Below, in pieces: positions 63,360 through 64,000 of a DNA stretch of 64,000 bases (positions within the stretch are counted from its first letter, which is position 1; each line of letters begins with the position of its first letter). Both the position numbers and the translations under genes were made by a program. The DNA comes from Chrysiogenia bacterium (GTDB taxonomy: Bacteria > Acidobacteriota > Aminicenantia > UBA2199). Location of the stretch: assembly GCA_043826505.1 (NCBI GenBank), contig JBDRQC010000008.1, positions 114,125 through 178,124 of the forward strand, in the 5' to 3' direction. A model generated the notes under the pieces. The model had not been told where the DNA came from. It saw only the letters and a program-made list of their open reading frames with translations, and searched no databases.

Positions 63360-64000
63360 ATGTTCAAGGGCAAGTGGCTGGTCCGCTACAAGCCAGGCGA
63401 ATTCTTCTATCCTGAGGTCCTGCCCCTGCTCAGCGATCTGCAGTCCCGGCTGGAACAGCAGCGGCTGAATTACAGATTCCTGAACGTCAATCTCAGCCGC
63501 AATATTCGCCGCAACCGTTTTTTCGTGGTGGCGGACAACCTCTTCATCCAGCACAACGGCGGCGAAGGGCCGCTGGCGGAGACCGATCCCGGGGCCTTTC
63601 CGGTGCGGACCCACCTGAAGGCCCTCAAAAAGCCCATCGCCTCGGTCGACCTGATTTTCCCGCGTTTGCCAAACGACCCGCGCTGGAAAACCATGGGTTT
63701 GCCCGCGGCCCAGCTTTTCCTGGCCGCCTCCCTGCAGGCCCACGGCTTCCGGGTCGCTCCCCTGGCCCTGGACCTGCCTGCTTCAGCGCCCGGGGCCGAA
63801 ACGGGCACAGCTGACATGCTGGGTTTTACCCTGTTCGAAGACTTGCTGGTGCCAATGCGCGATTATTTGACCGGGCTGCAGACCCATTACCCAGGCATCC
63901 TGGCCGCTGGCGGGCCGCTGCTCACCCTTATGCCCCTGGTCGCCCTGTATCACCTGCCGCAGATCAGCCTGGCGGTGCGCGGTGAAGCCGAAATCGCTTT
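63360..64000 (+). CDS. Probable B12-binding-domain radical SAM protein (N-terminal part, runs off the window)
   Basis: Not in the ORF track. Open frame from ATG at 63360: ...GLPAAQLFLAASLQAHGFRV...DMLGFTLFED...LAAGGPLLTLMP...LAVRGEAE, matching the B12-binding domain pattern (GGP...GEgE). The radical SAM motif itself is not within the window. Confidence 0.6.
   Translation, partial: MFKGKWLVRYKPGEFFYPEVLPLLSDLQSRLEQQRLNYRFLNVNLSRNIRRNRFFVVADNLFIQHNGGEGPLAETDPGAFPVRTHLKALKKPIASVDLIFPRLPNDPRWKTMGLPAAQLFLAASLQAHGFRVAPLALDLPASAPGAETGTADMLGFTLFEDLLVPMRDYLTGLQTHYPGILAAGGPLLTLMPLVALYHLPQISLAVRGEAEIA

Noticed and set aside
376-63817. Many long alternative-frame ORFs, for example 58505-60217 (-), 46777-48099 (-), 14853-16007 (+), 61097-62113 (-)
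   Set aside because: They are antisense or shifted shadows of clear genes in GC-rich DNA, with no recognisable motifs or start signals.

Overview
Ordinary bacterial chromosomal window with about 50 genes. There is no rRNA, CRISPR array, prophage or transposase. The gene set looks like an anaerobic peptide and amino-acid fermenter: S9 and S46 dipeptidyl peptidases, tdh, methionine gamma-lyase, buk/ptb, three acyl-CoA dehydrogenases, a beta-oxidation set, IcmF and PPDK. An Aminicenantes/Acidobacteriota-like host is only a low-confidence guess. One tRNA-Leu(TAG) is present, and two genes cut by the window edges are missing from the ORF track (MgtC at 1-639; a B12-binding radical-SAM-like gene from 63360). 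Four things stand out. (1) A 1258-aa fusion of MurG, an FHA-like domain, MurJ and HEAT repeats, coupled to mraY. (2) An archaeal-type HMG-CoA synthase/thiolase/DUF35 triad heading an operon with a three-subunit biotin carboxylase, acyl-CoA dehydrogenase and hydratase, but no HMG-CoA lyase or reductase. (3) A PPDK with a 69-aa histone-H1-like Lys/Ala tail. (4) About ten intergenic elements made of 7-nt (or 6-nt) periodic repeat arms in inverted orientation, some nested. Several leaderless sigma70 promoters also occur. All calls come from reading motifs by eye; no searches were run.
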